Shown here piece after piece: positions 1 through 16,256 of a stretch of 64,000 nt of DNA. Under the pieces are notes generated by a model. That model did no database searches, was not told where the DNA came from, and worked only from the letters and a program-made list of their open reading frames with translations. Positions within the stretch are counted from its first letter, which is position 1, and every line of letters starts with the position of its first letter. Origin of the DNA: Auanema rhodensis (taxonomy: Eukaryota; Animalia; Nematoda); contig OZ059897.1 of assembly GCA_964057225.1 (NCBI GenBank), positions 13,764,001-13,828,000 on the forward strand, read 5' to 3'. The position numbers were made by a program, and so were the translations under genes.

Positions 1-656
1 AACCCTTTAGCCTCGTCTTTTTTTCTTTAAGTCCCAATTCTCAAAATATATACACGTGCTAGCATAGTTTAGCCTTGCGTTTTCAATGCAATGATATTCT
101 TGTTCTTTCTTCGTAGCTAGGTTTATATTGATGTTCTTTAGTGCGTGGTCATCTCTGTCAAATTCCGATTAGAGAATGTCGCAGAGTTAGATAAAGAGAG
201 ACATGGAAGGAGAGAAAGGGGTAAGATCGTAATAAGATAGTAAGAATGGGTATGGTAAGAAGGAGAGTACGAGTAGTTTTCTTTCCCATACATCATCAGA
301 CTCAACCGCAAGATTTCGAAGACAACTGATGATCTCCCAGTTGTAGACGTTAAACTTTTCTTTTCAAGTAATTTATAGTGTGCAGCTTGCAGCAATAATT
401 GTCAAGTGTCTCGATCTCGCCGACTTGATTGATTATTAAGATTGGGCTGTCCATCTTGGGAACCGTATATAAATGTTCCTTTGCCAATAAAGGTTTACAA
501 GGTGCCTTAAATGCAAGAGTCTCTTCATATTTTAAGATTTGCTATTTGATTTTAATACCAAATTCTTTTATTACTTTTATTACCTTTTGTTCAAGTTGTC
601 ATTGAAAGGTTATCCAGTATCACTTTAATATAGTAATGTGCGTTTTATTTCCAACA

Positions 657-1235
657 TTATCAAGCTCACGCTCTCTTTTTCTTCTTTCTTTCTCTGCTCT
701 ATTAATTTCCTTAGTATTGAATTTTAATCTCTAAGCACTAATTTAACTCTTGGCTGTCGCAACAGTTGATTGCTGAGACCAATGCAAAAATCGTGATCAA
801 GTCGATCAACTGCTTGAACAACCAGCTTTAGAATGTCAAACATTTCCTATCCTTTGCGAACTACCATTGCCTAATCAGATTGGTCTTTTCTAATCTGTTT
901 GTCTTTGGTATAAAGGTAGTCGAAGCTTTGTAGGTAATAGCTGTTTTCAGTGCCCCTTAACATCCATTTGTTGCAACTCTCATCCTCCCTAATACATGAA
1001 TTGTCATTATTAGGCTAGCAAGTTTTCTTTTACTCTCCAACAACCCACACTCTTTTCTGACCGGATTTGATTTCTTTCTTTAAATCATGAAAAATGTCGT
1101 CATTTCTTTGTTATCAATACAACTCACGTTGCCGATGTTTGAAGGCTATATTTTTTTAGAATTTGATTTTTTGATCATTTGCTAAAAATACTTATGATAA
1201 AAGGTTTTTCTTTAGGTAGTTTCTATTTCTTATCA
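657..1235 (+). promoter_or_regulatory. cth-2 proximal promoter with GATA (TGATAA) sites and a TATA-like box
   Basis: TTATCA/TGATAA at 657, 1111, 1195 and 1230; TATAAA at 909. TGATAA is the known ELT-2-type intestinal element in nematodes. Function is inferred. Confidence 0.45.
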
Positions 1236-1244
1236 AGCAATATC

Positions 1245-2863
<1,619 letters not shown>

Positions 2864-5800
2864 ATTTTGGATAAAACAACTTTCTCATTGTTTTGTAGTC
2901 GACTTCAATCCGGTGAAGTCTTGTGAATGGCCATATTTTCATGGCTTAATATTACTATAAATATATAAATACAAATATATGAATGTTCGTTTTCTGGACA
3001 ACAATTGTCTTTCTATGAAAAGATGTTATCTATGTTACTTTGTTTTTTCATTTTGAAACTCACGTATGTAGAACATATGAACTATAAATTTTTTTTTAAG
3101 AACTTAATTTATGATGTTCACAGTATATTGCATTCATTTAGGGAATAATTCTGATAAACATTAATAAAAATAGATGGATTTGAAATTACTACAAGAATGA
3201 TTTCAAATATTACCGGTTTATATTATCTCGATTTGGAAAACAAACATAACATTGGCCATTTTTTTCAGTTTGTCTTCAGTATAATCTAAATATGTAACAC
3301 AACCGGTATTCAGAGTTTCCGCATGGAAAATTGTTTTTTTCGGAAATTTACGACTGAGCAATAATTTGAAAATTTTCGCTATACGTGAGATAGCTTATTA
3401 TTAATTTCTTTTCGAAGTTTTAAAAAGAATAAGTTAAAAAAATACAGGGATCAATAAACACCATTCTTACACATGTCCGGAAATTGTTTCACATTACTAT
3501 GAAATACCAGTTTTTTAAAATCTATTATTAACACTTAAGCTGTCTAGTATCATTCAATTTTCTCTAATTTTTTCTTCTGTTTTCCTATAAGACGAGACAC
3601 TAGCTAGAATTTGCCACGTGTTTTAAAGTTCTCCCATAGTCTGTCAACGAATAAGAAATTCTTGTACAGATATTTGATCTTCAGTAGAGTAATGGTTCTA
3701 ATTTTCATTACATTATGAAATAGTTGGAATATTAGAAGTTGTGTCATTTCTTTCTAATAAATATACTTTAAAATATAAAGATTCAAATGAACTTTACAAT
3801 TCATTGTGAAAAAGACATGTGATGAAGTTATTAGTTTTAAAATAGGAAAATATATGAATATATGACCAACTGAAAAGAAAGAAAATCTTTGTATAATCAT
3901 CACTATCTCTGTTATTTCCGGAACAGTTTATAAATATGTTACAAGCGGAAGTTCAAGTCTGTTTGATCTTTTCAATAGGTTTATATATCAAATTTAATAG
4001 TTACATACTTTATTATATCACCATAAATATTGATAAGATGAATATTTATAGATATGTTTCTAATGCTTTACCATATATATGTAGTTAGGAAGGGCTCAAA
4101 ATCATACAAACGAATGAACTTAATATTATTAAAATTAAAATTTTGTTTTTAAACGAATAGTAAAAAATAGCAATTCAAAACAAACAAACTATAGCGGGTA
4201 GTTGACTTGTTTACTTTAGCTTTTTTATAAGTTTTTAGTATCATATATTCTACCTTATTTTGTGTAAACAACAATTGAAACTTGTAAATCAAAAAACTTC
4301 ACTGTATATTTGCTTGAAAAGGAAAAACTTTTTACACGTAAAGCTCACGCGATTTTCACAAAAAATTATTTATACAGGCTCTGTTTGTACAAACGTTTCA
4401 GAAGTTTTGCGGACTGAAATTATTTCGTATTGACTATTGAACAAACCAAATGAATGACTTCATTTCATCGAAAAAAAAAGAGATGAAAATACATTTCTTT
4501 CTGTAGAAATAGTAGCTTTGACAGTATGTGTGTTAAAATATTTCGCAGCACATTTTAAATTTAAACTGTTGTTTCAATTCAAGTTTAAAATTGATATAAT
4601 ATAAAATAATTTTTAAATTAATTCTATTTCTTCGAAAAAACATAAATAGCTGTATTCTTATTTATAGACAATTAAAATAACCTTGATCATTACCAGTTCT
4701 TTTTCTCGAACAATTTTTATTATTTAATTTAGATTTGTTAAGGAAAACATTGAAATGAATTATGGTCTAATCTCAATATTCTTGATTAATTTCAATTTTT
4801 TATTCGATTTTGGCTTAATCTCTTGTTAAAATGAAGACAAGCTATACTGAAGGATAGCGGGTGGGGGGGGGGATCAATTATATAAATTTCAACAAAAAAA
4901 TAGATTAACAAACATTAATGTCAGTTGAAGTCCGATGATGATTGTTTCTAGTTTGGTGTCGCAAATGAATTGTAAAACATATAAACTATAAACTTTATAT
5001 TGACTAACTTTTAAAAATGTTAAGAACAATATAAATTAGCATTTGAAATATTTTATATTAAATAAATAAAAAAAATATATTTTAATCATAATCTTTGTCA
5101 TAATATTAAATATCTTAATATTTAATTATATTCAAAATTCAGTCATGAAATTGCTTTATATTGCAAAAAAACTCTAGCTACATCTCTTCCATAACCTAGT
5201 ATCCCTCTCTCTTTTCTATAGATTCACAAAGAGGTTTAGCCATTATTTAGCATAGCTTAAGCTTTGTCAATACCCTAAATATGCTTAATTATGCATTTTG
5301 GAACGTTTTTAACATTTCTAATTTATTTTCTTCTTTTATCTCGATTATGAACCTATATTTGAAGAGGGTATGATGGATGGAAAAGAGGCATTTATCTATC
5401 TACTGCTGTGAGTTTCTTTGCAACTTTTCCTTATTTGAACAGCTCTCGAATAATCTTCTTTTCGTTTTTCAACATTTTCTGTCTATCTTGTTATATTTCT
5501 TTCTCATATTTGCTATTTTTTTATCTAAATTTCCTTTTTTTATTTCTTAATTTAAAATTTAGATATGGTATTGTCCTTTATGATTTTATGATTTCAAATT
5601 AAATATACCAAAATTATTATATTTCAATTATCGTGTTAAGAAAAAAAAAACATATATAGATGACAAATTAATAAAGCTTCTTCATATTGTCTATTCTAAT
5701 TTATATTTTTTTATTTTTATTGAGCTAAACGGCTATCTGTTCCTTTATTGGCAATAAGTTGTTCATTTTAGAATATTGTCCGCGAACGTGTTAAATCTTT

Positions 5801-8800
5801 TTTTCATTTCCAACTATTTCAAACACATGCTGATTCAGGTTTCTCGCTAGAAACATTTCGATAATTCGAGTTGATGAAGTAGAAAAAAGTCAACACGAAG
5901 TTATATACTATGCAGATACATATTTCCTTTATTAGAATTGGTATTTCCGGCTAATTTTTCACATTCCTTTCGATTAGTATAGCTTTCTATGTATGTATTA
6001 AGCTATACATTATACTGAATATTAACATGTTCATCGAAAGGTTAGTAATAACCTTTCAAATAGAAAAAAAGACCTATCTTCGTTATACAAAAAATATTAA
6101 TAATTTTTTAGATAACAAAAATTTAAAAAATATATCCTTTTATTTATTTGTGATTCGAAAATATCTGAAAATTAAACTTGATTAAAGTTTCAACTGGCAA
6201 TATTTTTGAAACTTGATACTGTTAATATGAAAATTTCTTTAGATTTCTATCATTTTTTAAAAATCAACTCTTATATATACTTTGAGATGGTTGGAATTGG
6301 AAAAAAAAATTTTGAAAGGATAATCCATAGAGCCGGCCAATGATAATCCACGTAATCCACGTGGATGAAACCCTTAATACTGTTTCATTTCCGACTTTTC
6401 TTTCTCTCTGTACGGTTGTTGAAATTGTTAGAATTTAGATTTTTAACCTATGCTGATGTGTATATTGAATTATATACAAAAAATTGAATTAGGTCTTCAT
6501 TCAAAAAAAATTGAACAAAAGACTATAAAGATGGTATGTTATTCTCTAGAATTGGAAATAATGAAAGCCAAAGATTAGCTCGAGTTCTAGATGTATATGT
6601 ACATACATACATACATTCATATATTTGATTTTTTCGAGTAAAACGGTATAGTTTGGATGAGTGTAACTGAATGATATCCTTCAAGAATATATTTGTATTT
6701 GTACAATTACGGTAAGATAATATGAAAATATTTTTTTTGACGTTAATATAAAATTCCAATTTCTGAAAAGTTTTTCTATATCTCTTTAACTTTTCTTTAA
6801 AAATAATCGTATAATTTTTGTTAATATTTTGTGCATTAGAAAATCCAATTAGTGGAAAAATAAATTAAAAATTAATCTATGACACTTAGTATCATCCACA
6901 AGTTTCTAATCTATTTCATCGATTTATTGTAAGAATTCTACATTTTATTTCAAATATTGCAAAGCTCAGAATAGAATGAAACCAAATTAGATGCAAATAT
7001 AAATGAAAAGATCATTAGATTTGAAAGAGCGAAGAAAAAAAGTTCTGGGAGACTGTTTGGAAGCTTGAGAAGGTTGTCATATAAGCTGTTGTTCTGGGCA
7101 CAGCTTTATGATTTCCAAAATTAAAATGAATAATAGAGCTTAGTCTTTGTTGTATAACTTTCATAAGATAAGATATAATTTTGTGTTTTGTTTCTCTTAT
7201 TTTAATATTTATTTCTGAATTTTCCATTGAAATAAATTAGAATTAATCAAATTCCTTTTTCATACCAATATGGATATTCAAGATATATGAAGTGAAAAAC
7301 GGAAATTCAAAAACGAATGAAAGAGCAAACTAAAAACATTTTGAAGTGAAAACCGGCTTACTATGCTGCTCTACGATAAAAGTTCGAAAAGTATGCGAAA
7401 AGAAAGAAAGAATAAAAGCAAATTTTGACCTGGTGTACAAAGCCATACTTCTTTTTAAATATATTATATAAACGTTTAACAAGATATAAAAATATATATA
7501 ATATTGAATAAATAATAAGATAATTATAAAGATTTATATATAGATATATATATATAAGTACTGATTAATAAGAATTATTCGAATTATATTGATAAAACCT
7601 TGTTGTGATAAATCTGCTGCTAAAAAAATGGAAAAATTGCTTTGTTTCGTCATTTTTAAAGATTTTAGAGAGCTTTGAATTAAGCTTCTTTCTATTTCGG
7701 CTTCTTATCTTTTACCGAATTCAAAAGAATTCATGAGAAATTTTTTTTTTTTTGACTTCCACGTAAACTTGAATACATACAACTTTTTTTTCGGTTATAC
7801 TATGTAAATTACATAGAAAACCGTTTTCGTTGACATGTTCAATCAATTTTTTTGTTTTAACAGCATAGTATATCTGAAATGAAAGATTTTCTTTTCCCCT
7901 CTCCATCTCTCTGCCATCACACCCTTTGAACCTCTTGTGTCGCAGTATTTGTGTTGCCAATGTCGCTGAAACTTCTTCACGTCCAGCTTCATCTGACATT
8001 CACAAAACGAGGCAGTAGTCATCGTCTTCAGCTGGTTAGAAAGAGAGCATATGAGAGAAAATGAGAATTTCATATGTCATCCTGACAATGCAAGCGATAT
8101 GAATTCAATTTGTTGCTGACACCTCAATCATTGAAATATCTCGATTTTAGGGAATCCATTCAGTTATGTCAACCCATTTTTTTGTTTTTTTTTGTGTTTT
8201 CTCGAACCCTGTTACAGCATCATTTGCCCCAAGGACTTCTCGTTTTCTGCTGCTGTTGCAAGTAGAGAAACCATAGCAAGAGCTAGAGAGCAGGCTTATA
8301 AGACAGATATATTGATAGAGGAATAGGGAAAAGATGGCGAGTGAGAGGAAAAGAAAGTGGTCGAGAGAGAAAAGGGGAAGCATAGCCGGACGAAGAGGAG
8401 GAGAACAGCGCGGCATGAGCCTCAATGTTTATGTGTCCATGGGAGGATAGAAGCACGGACGATAAAAGAAGAGAATTTCGTGGGAAATAGCTCAACCAAG
8501 CTGAGAAGGACCTCACTCGCCGTCCACAACCCCGGACATAGACATTTTCTAACACTGACGCCCTCAACCGCGTTTTGCTCCTATTTGCTGCTGAAAAAAT
8601 CCCTCTTTTAAAAAAATTAGAAACAAAACTTTCAATGTCTCCATTTCATTTGCTTCTTGTGCATCTGATTACGTATAAAACTACTGAAAGAGCGATGTAT
8701 GAATACATAATATACTATGTATACAATCTCAATAAGAATAGATCAACAATACTTATCGAGTTTCACGCTGATTTTCACCTATTGAACTACCTTCGCATTT

Positions 8801-10763
8801 TTTTCCTTCTCACTCATTTTTCATTACACTTTTTAACCTCTTTTTCATATATAGTCTATTCTACATCTTCTTCACTTGCTCATCCCTTCTATCCTCTTAT
8901 TCCCCGTTTTTGAAGATTTCTCTTGATTCATCTATTTTTTTTTGAAGAACGTGAAAGAGATCCACACACAAAAAAAGATACAGTTTTGACGAGACAAAGT
9001 GTCGTTTTTATTTGGTTGTCTTCATTTTTTTCATCAATTTTCAGGCAATTCCTCAGCACCGCACATGCCCACAAGCTTTTCTTCTTCCTTCCGCCTTTTT
9101 CCTCCCTCTTCCCTTTCCTTTTCATCTCTCTTCCATTATCCATTCATTTATTTTGTTCATATTACTCAATTAACTGTCTATGTAAGCTGTTAACTAATCC
9201 TGCTTTTGACCATTTTTGGCAACTTTTGTTGAAGCTCACCAATTCAGCTCATCTTCTGAGCAGACATCATTGAAAATACATTTCGTATTCCACATGTAAT
9301 TCTTATGTTGCTACTAATGCCGTTAAAATTCTAATTATTTTGCGTCTTGACAATTTCTTGTTTGAAAAGTTGTGAGTTTTCATTAGCTTTCTTCTAGAAC
9401 TTTAATTAAGCAACACAATCTAAATAAAATAAACTTATAAAATCACATATTTCATTTAAAGTTGGTATGAAAATGAATTCAAATTTTCTTCAAATTCTTA
9501 TGATCAAAAAGTTATCTTAACTATATCAAACATTTTTTTTATAAATATAATATATACACACATGTATATATACATACATATCTCTCTATCTATTACTATT
9601 TGTATGCTGCAGCAGGTTTCACTGCTCAAACTTTATGATGTTTGGCTTTCTACTCAGTTGGCGTCTTTTTTTTTCTTTGTAGAATTCATACGTTACGTGT
9701 TTGATACTATTCGTTATTAGCATATGATCTCAGCTTCATGTCTTCTCACTTCCAGATTACGTTTATCATACTAAGTCATCGTTTTTTTTTCCAAATTTTA
9801 ACGTTTTACATTCCTTTAAACGTTTCGTCAGAATAATTTCTTTAACATTTGATATTTAGGAATACATATTTGTATTCTAACGATTAAAGGTTATTTTTAC
9901 AAAAAATTGATATTCAACCCTTCATGTCGTCTTACATTCGATAAAATATGTTAGTTGATTCACCGAAAAACGCTTTCACGTGGTATTCTAATTTCAATTA
10001 TTTAACAAAATATATAAACGTATACATCTTTATTATAAATAATATTATATAAAATTTTGTTATTATTTTCATTAAATAATATATGATATAATTCGTCAAC
10101 TTTATTATTTTTCAACTAATATGCATGAATTAGCATATATAATGTTTTCTTTTTAATATCGAACATTAAATATTACAATTCGATAAGCAATAATCATATT
10201 ATTAGAAAAATTTATGATTTTTTTTTTCAATTCTTAATATTTGAATAGTTAAAAAGATATTTTCTTCTAATTTTCCATTTTATTACATAATATTAAGCAT
10301 TATATTCATAACTTAAATTTTTTCATACATAATTACAATGTGGTTATCATAACTATAACTATTATTATTCTTTACTATTCATAACTTTATCAGACTCTCA
10401 TATTATAATTATATAAACTATCTTCTTCAGACGTTTATTTCGAAATTCTAGTCAATACATTTCAATTCCTCAGGAATAGGAGATATATAGAAAAATTATG
10501 AATGCTAAGTAAGAAATTTCTGAATAAATAAAAATTAAAAAGTGTTTCATATCTATTTTTTTATTTAATAACTAACAAACCCGATTATATCATTATATAA
10601 ACCGCATTTTTCCTTAAACAGTTTGCATGTGCAAAACCGGTTGATTTCACTGCCATTAACCACTTCAATCATCCTCTCCCTCCGTTTTTCTCTCTATTCT
10701 TTCATTCTCTATCAGTTTAGTTAGCTTTCTTTCATTAAACTACCTCATACTCTTTTACCCCTT

Positions 10764-10805
10764 TCTCTCTCTCTCTCTTTCTCTCACTCTCTGTCTCCCT
10801 CTCTC

Positions 10806-10869
<64 letters not shown>

Positions 10870-10900
10870 TTCTTTCTCTCTCTCTCTTTCTTTCTCTTCT
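10764..10900. repeat. Imperfect (CT)n microsatellite
   Basis: Visible CT dinucleotide run with interruptions. Confidence 0.9.
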
Positions 10901-11412
10901 ACTACTTTTAAATATATTCCAATCTCGTTAACGTTTTTCCATTTTCATTCATCAACCATATTCTAAGTAATTTTCTGAATATTCCATATTCATATTTATC
11001 ATCATCCTAATATTATTAACTATTAATATAATATTTATATTTTTATTATATCTACATACATATTCATATACATAAGTCTGTTCTTCTCTATTTATTTTCT
11101 TATTAACCAAATTATAATTTTTAGAATTGTTTTCTAAACTTGTATTCTTTCTCGTATTTTTCTTGCTTAACTCAATCATATCATATGATTGCTATTTCTC
11201 TAATTAACTTGAGTCCTCATAGCTTTGATTACTTGTCTAATTGAACGGATTAATATGATTCAATATGTTTCTCTTTTTACATTTTTCGCATTCTATTACT
11301 GCCATCATTGAATACTTTAATATTCAGTCTATTGAAGTTTATGATTATAATAATCCTTTTTGCTGCTTTTTCTAGTTAGTTATGATATGTGATATAACCT
11401 TTTCCCATATAA

Positions 11413-11516
<104 letters not shown>

Positions 11517-12756
11517 TGTTCTTCTTTCATATACTTAACACAAAATGTTGATAAGTACCTTAACAAACCTGTTCCAACTTTTAAAAGAAAAAGATCAGAC
11601 GAAACCGAGAGAATAAAAAAGAGATAGGAGATCAAAATGTAATTAAAGCATAGTTAACTTCATAAATTCTAAAAAACTACTTCACAAAATTTTAATCTTT
11701 GAAGTTGTTCTGTTAATAATCTGAAAAACGATTCTTTACATTTATTACATTTAGTCACCTTTTTGAACATAAAAGCTTACCTTATGAAATTCCCATAGAT
11801 AAAAAGCTTCGTGACGTCGTAACTAAATAAGATGATCTCGTTTACTTTAATAAGCTTCTTCATCCGTTACTTGAATGAAACGTATTCATCTATTCATTTG
11901 TCTTCAACTGAATTTCTGAGGACGATCCAATGCAAATTAGCGTCCAATTGGCATTCGGGTTGAGGTCTATTTACGGTTTCATCGTCACGCAAACACATGA
12001 CGTTCGCAACCTCTGACATTGCCTTTAAAAAAAATTGAAAAATTTTTATAAGAAACAATATATAGAAGCAAAATAATGGTGAGAAAATGGATAGACAAAA
12101 AAAAACTAAATAGAAACTAAAACAACTGATTCTACAGTTCAAGTTTGACAGATAGCGCCTGTTTCAATCAATTCCCTCCACATTTCTGCTATATATATTT
12201 ATAACTTTATAGCTATAACAGATAACTAACTTTTCAAAGTTTAATATAACATTTAAGTTTCCTCTTTTTATCTTATTTTTCCTATTCATATTGTAATTAT
12301 AATTATAATGACTCTCTTCTATAACTCAATAGTTTATTGGCATTATAATACAAGAAAATATGAAAATAAAAAGGTTATGATCTAAAATGATAAATGTTTC
12401 TTCATTAATCATCAAAAGAGATATTTTTCATTAATTTTCATTAAGTTTCATTCCATTTTAAAGATAAACTGACTCATCTCCTATGTACAGTTTTATTAAA
12501 AAGTTTTCAAAAAATTTCAGATTTCAACATATGACTTCATTTCATATATACCCATGACATCATAATATGAAGCTTAGTTACAAACCTAATAAAAGCCTTT
12601 ACGTCTTCTCTGTCTCTCTATCCCTCGCTTGGCATTTATAGACGAAAAGCAAGAAATTCGTTTTTATTCACTGTGAGCGTTAGCTACTTAAGTTAGCTGG
12701 ACCTTTTTATTTAACCCTTCTTATTTTATCTCTGCTTCTATCTCTCTAGCCTTATG

Positions 12757-12870
<114 letters not shown>

Positions 12871-15800
12871 GTATTTCTCTTATTCATGCTCTCTTTCCCT
12901 CTCTATATCTCTTTTACATATGTATATGTATTATATATAACATTACCTTTCCATTATCTATTTCAGTTTCTCTATAGTTTCTCTTTTTTTTCCTTTCTCC
13001 TTTTTTCATCTTCCTTTACTATATTACTCTATCTATCATTTGTCCATTCTCTCTCTTCGATATGTTGCCATGTGCATCGGTTCAATATGCTTTTAGTCAT
13101 GGCCTTTTTTCGATTACATATTTATGCCCTAGAGACATTAGAAGAGAAAAAAAATAAGAGGAAAGGAAAAAAAAGAAGAAAGAAGACTAGAACTAAGAAA
13201 GGCTTGCCATGTGTGTGTTCACTTCATTGTCAACACAAAGATGGCTAGAAACATGGAAGGCTACTTTTTTTTCTATTCAATAGAAAAAAATGAAACTCTT
13301 CTGCTTATATTTTCTTTAATTCATATTCAGTTATATTCAATTATCTCATAAATTTATTAAATATACATATTATTATAGTATGTATGTATGTATATATGTA
13401 GATTATCGTCTGAAACATGTCCAAATAAGCATAAATGTTTCAAAATTAACAAAATGAAATCACATTTTTTGATCATTCTCTGCATATATTAATGTAAATT
13501 TAAAATAATTATCTAACTATATCACTATTTTTTCTTTTTTTTTCATCAAAATTAAACCAAATCTGTTATCTGTCTTTAGCTTTAGACGGATTATTTGTCA
13601 TCTGAATGTGTCATTCGCATTTACTAGATAAATTAATTTATCTCATGACCATCCCATACATTCAAATAATTTTAATTTTAAAAGAAATTGAAACGTATTC
13701 GCTTTTCTTTTTCATTTTTTTTATTTTATTCTATATTCAACTCATCATAGTACCCCATTACTCAAAAGCATCCTCTGGAAAATGTGTTGATGATGAGTTG
13801 AAGAAAAAAAATGTTGAGAGAATGTGATAAATTTAACTTTTGTTTCCAACACCTTTCTCTCTTTGCCAATCTGTTTGTGTTCTAAAAATTCTCATCATGC
13901 TTAAACTTCAATGCTGATGCTGCTTTTTTGATATTCTGTAGCATGTTTATGACCCCAAAACGAAAAATGCTGCTTTTATATCCTTTTAGAATCTCTTGTT
14001 CCCTACTTCTCAGATATAAAATATGTATCTTTGCATCCTTCTCTTATGCTTACTCTCTCTCTTGCTCTCTCCCTCCCTCTCTCTCTCTCTTTCTCTCTCT
14101 CTCTTAAATTTCAATTTCTCTCCCTCTTTTCCAATTCTTTTTCCTTTGGAATTCTCTATTACTAGTTTTCAAAATTATGACGTAATAGACTATATTACTT
14201 ATCGAATATACACATAAATATGGCCTAATAAGACATTTTGAGCAAAATCTCGATGAAACATTCAAATGCTTCATCGAAAAAAATTGTTGCGGAGATAGAC
14301 AAGATGTGGCTTTTACCACCTGTTTCAACGTATTCTCTCATCATTCGGCCACCCGAGCTTCTCATGGTACCTGCCATTGTCTGAAGTTTTTGACATCCAC
14401 TCTCATACGAGATTTTGCTTCTAAATCATCTCTTTTCCTCTGAAGCTTCTCCTCCATCTTATATTTGTTTCTCTCAAAAAATAGTGTTTCCTTGTCCCTT
14501 TTCTTTCGTTGCATTGATATTCTTCCTTTCAACTTATGATTTTTTTTTCGTTTAAAAAATAAATTGGAAAATTCAATAATATATATATATATATATATAC
14601 ATACATATAGATTTATTAGTATGAAAGTTTGCGCAATTTTCTAATATTTTCGTGAATATTGATGTTCAGAGAGGATGCACAATGGTATGGTCATTTCATG
14701 TTTCACAGCATGTTGCACAGAGCATTAAGTTGTTTATGCTCGAATGCAATAAACACATACAACTTCGAAGCTTATGAATGTTTCGTTGTCTTCTACCATC
14801 ATCCTTGTTGTCATAGATTTTCCGAATCCTCCTTTCTTCTTCATCCTGTCTCTCTCGTTTCATCTTTCTTTCCCTCACTCTCTATATTCAACATACCTCT
14901 ATGAACCAATTTCCTTTATTCTCGTCATTCAAACTCTCAATTTTTGCGCAACGCATCCGAGCTTGCAAAATATCCGAACCTGGCCATATAGTGTTAGTCA
15001 CTCTTGTTGGCATATTTCCAAATTTTTTAGCAACTTCTAAAAAGTCTGTCAATAGCAACTTCGCTGACATCAACGTCAACGAGAACACATTCAGCACGAC
15101 GCCAATTCGAGATGCATTCCGTAGAAGTAGAGGACAATGCCATTGTGTACACCCGATTGGTAGCCGTTTCGGGTCCTGAAACAGCCCAGTTCCTTCCGAC
15201 ATCCGGAAGCCAGCAGCCTTCTAATTTCTCCATCTCTTTTCCACACATGGCTTCAGTTTTTCTCTGTCTCTATCTCATCTGCTCCGGAAACACAAAGAAG
15301 ACGATTTTCACGATCCGGAAGTCTTTTTTCCCCTTTTCAATCTCAAAATGCAAGTTTTTGTGAGATTTTGTAATTTTTTTCTCGAAGGTTTTTTACTCCA
15401 AATTAATATTTCAGAGTAAAACACCTCATTTTTCAACACACATATAACATTGTGATGGTATACTTCATATCTTTTTTCTTTTTTTCGATACATTTTTCGC
15501 TTATATTCTACTGTCCGTCTTGTGTAAAGCCAATTGTTTTGAAATTTACGCAACCTCTATCTCTTCGAGCTATGGGTTATTTCATCTATAAAATACAAAT
15601 GAAAACTAAACGTAACTTTAGCTTAATATTTTTTTCTTTTTTTTCTTCATTGTCTTTTAGACATTTTCTTTATTTTTCTGTAAATTTTTTTTGTTTCTAA
15701 ACTACTTTCCAACTTTCTCTCTCTATCGAAATTTTCGCATAGTAAATCAAGTTCTATTCCATAAGAAGCAGGAACTTTTCTATCACCACGTGATTTCTCT

Positions 15801-16200
15801 AACACGGAAACGTTTCAATGTATTACATATTCCTGCATAACATTAGTTGAGGAATCGAGACTTTTTTCTAAATATGATTGTAGAACATCACTAAATTCAG
15901 ATTCGCTTGAATACTGCTCAGGCAAAGTTTTGCCTTGAGAACTAAGTTGGGGCGTGGGAGTGTAGTGTTCGTTCTGGTCATCCTCATAATGTTTGGCAAT
16001 TTTTATTTATTTGCCTTGCAGAAAATCATGTGGCAACGTGTCGACGGAAAATGAAAAAAATCGGAGAGAATGGGGAAGAGTAAAGAAAAGGGAAAAGAGA
16101 GAGGAACATCACAGTGATTTAGAGAAAGGGAAGAGCTGAGAAGAGAGAATGAAAGATATGGAAATAGACAGAAAGAGAGAAAAGAGATCAAAATAGAGAG

Positions 16201-16207
<7 letters not shown>

Positions 16208-16253
<46 letters not shown>
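16208..16253. repeat. (GA)n microsatellite
   Basis: Visible run. Confidence 0.95.

Positions 16254-16256
<3 letters not shown>

Noticed and set aside
4859-4872. G-rich run (GGGT followed by G10)
   Set aside because: Short and isolated; not enough to support a G4 or fragile-site claim
7721-9273. Stack of overlapping ORFs on both strands
   Set aside because: Low-complexity F/L/S or K/R/E peptides from purine/pyrimidine-skewed DNA, with no consistent splice model
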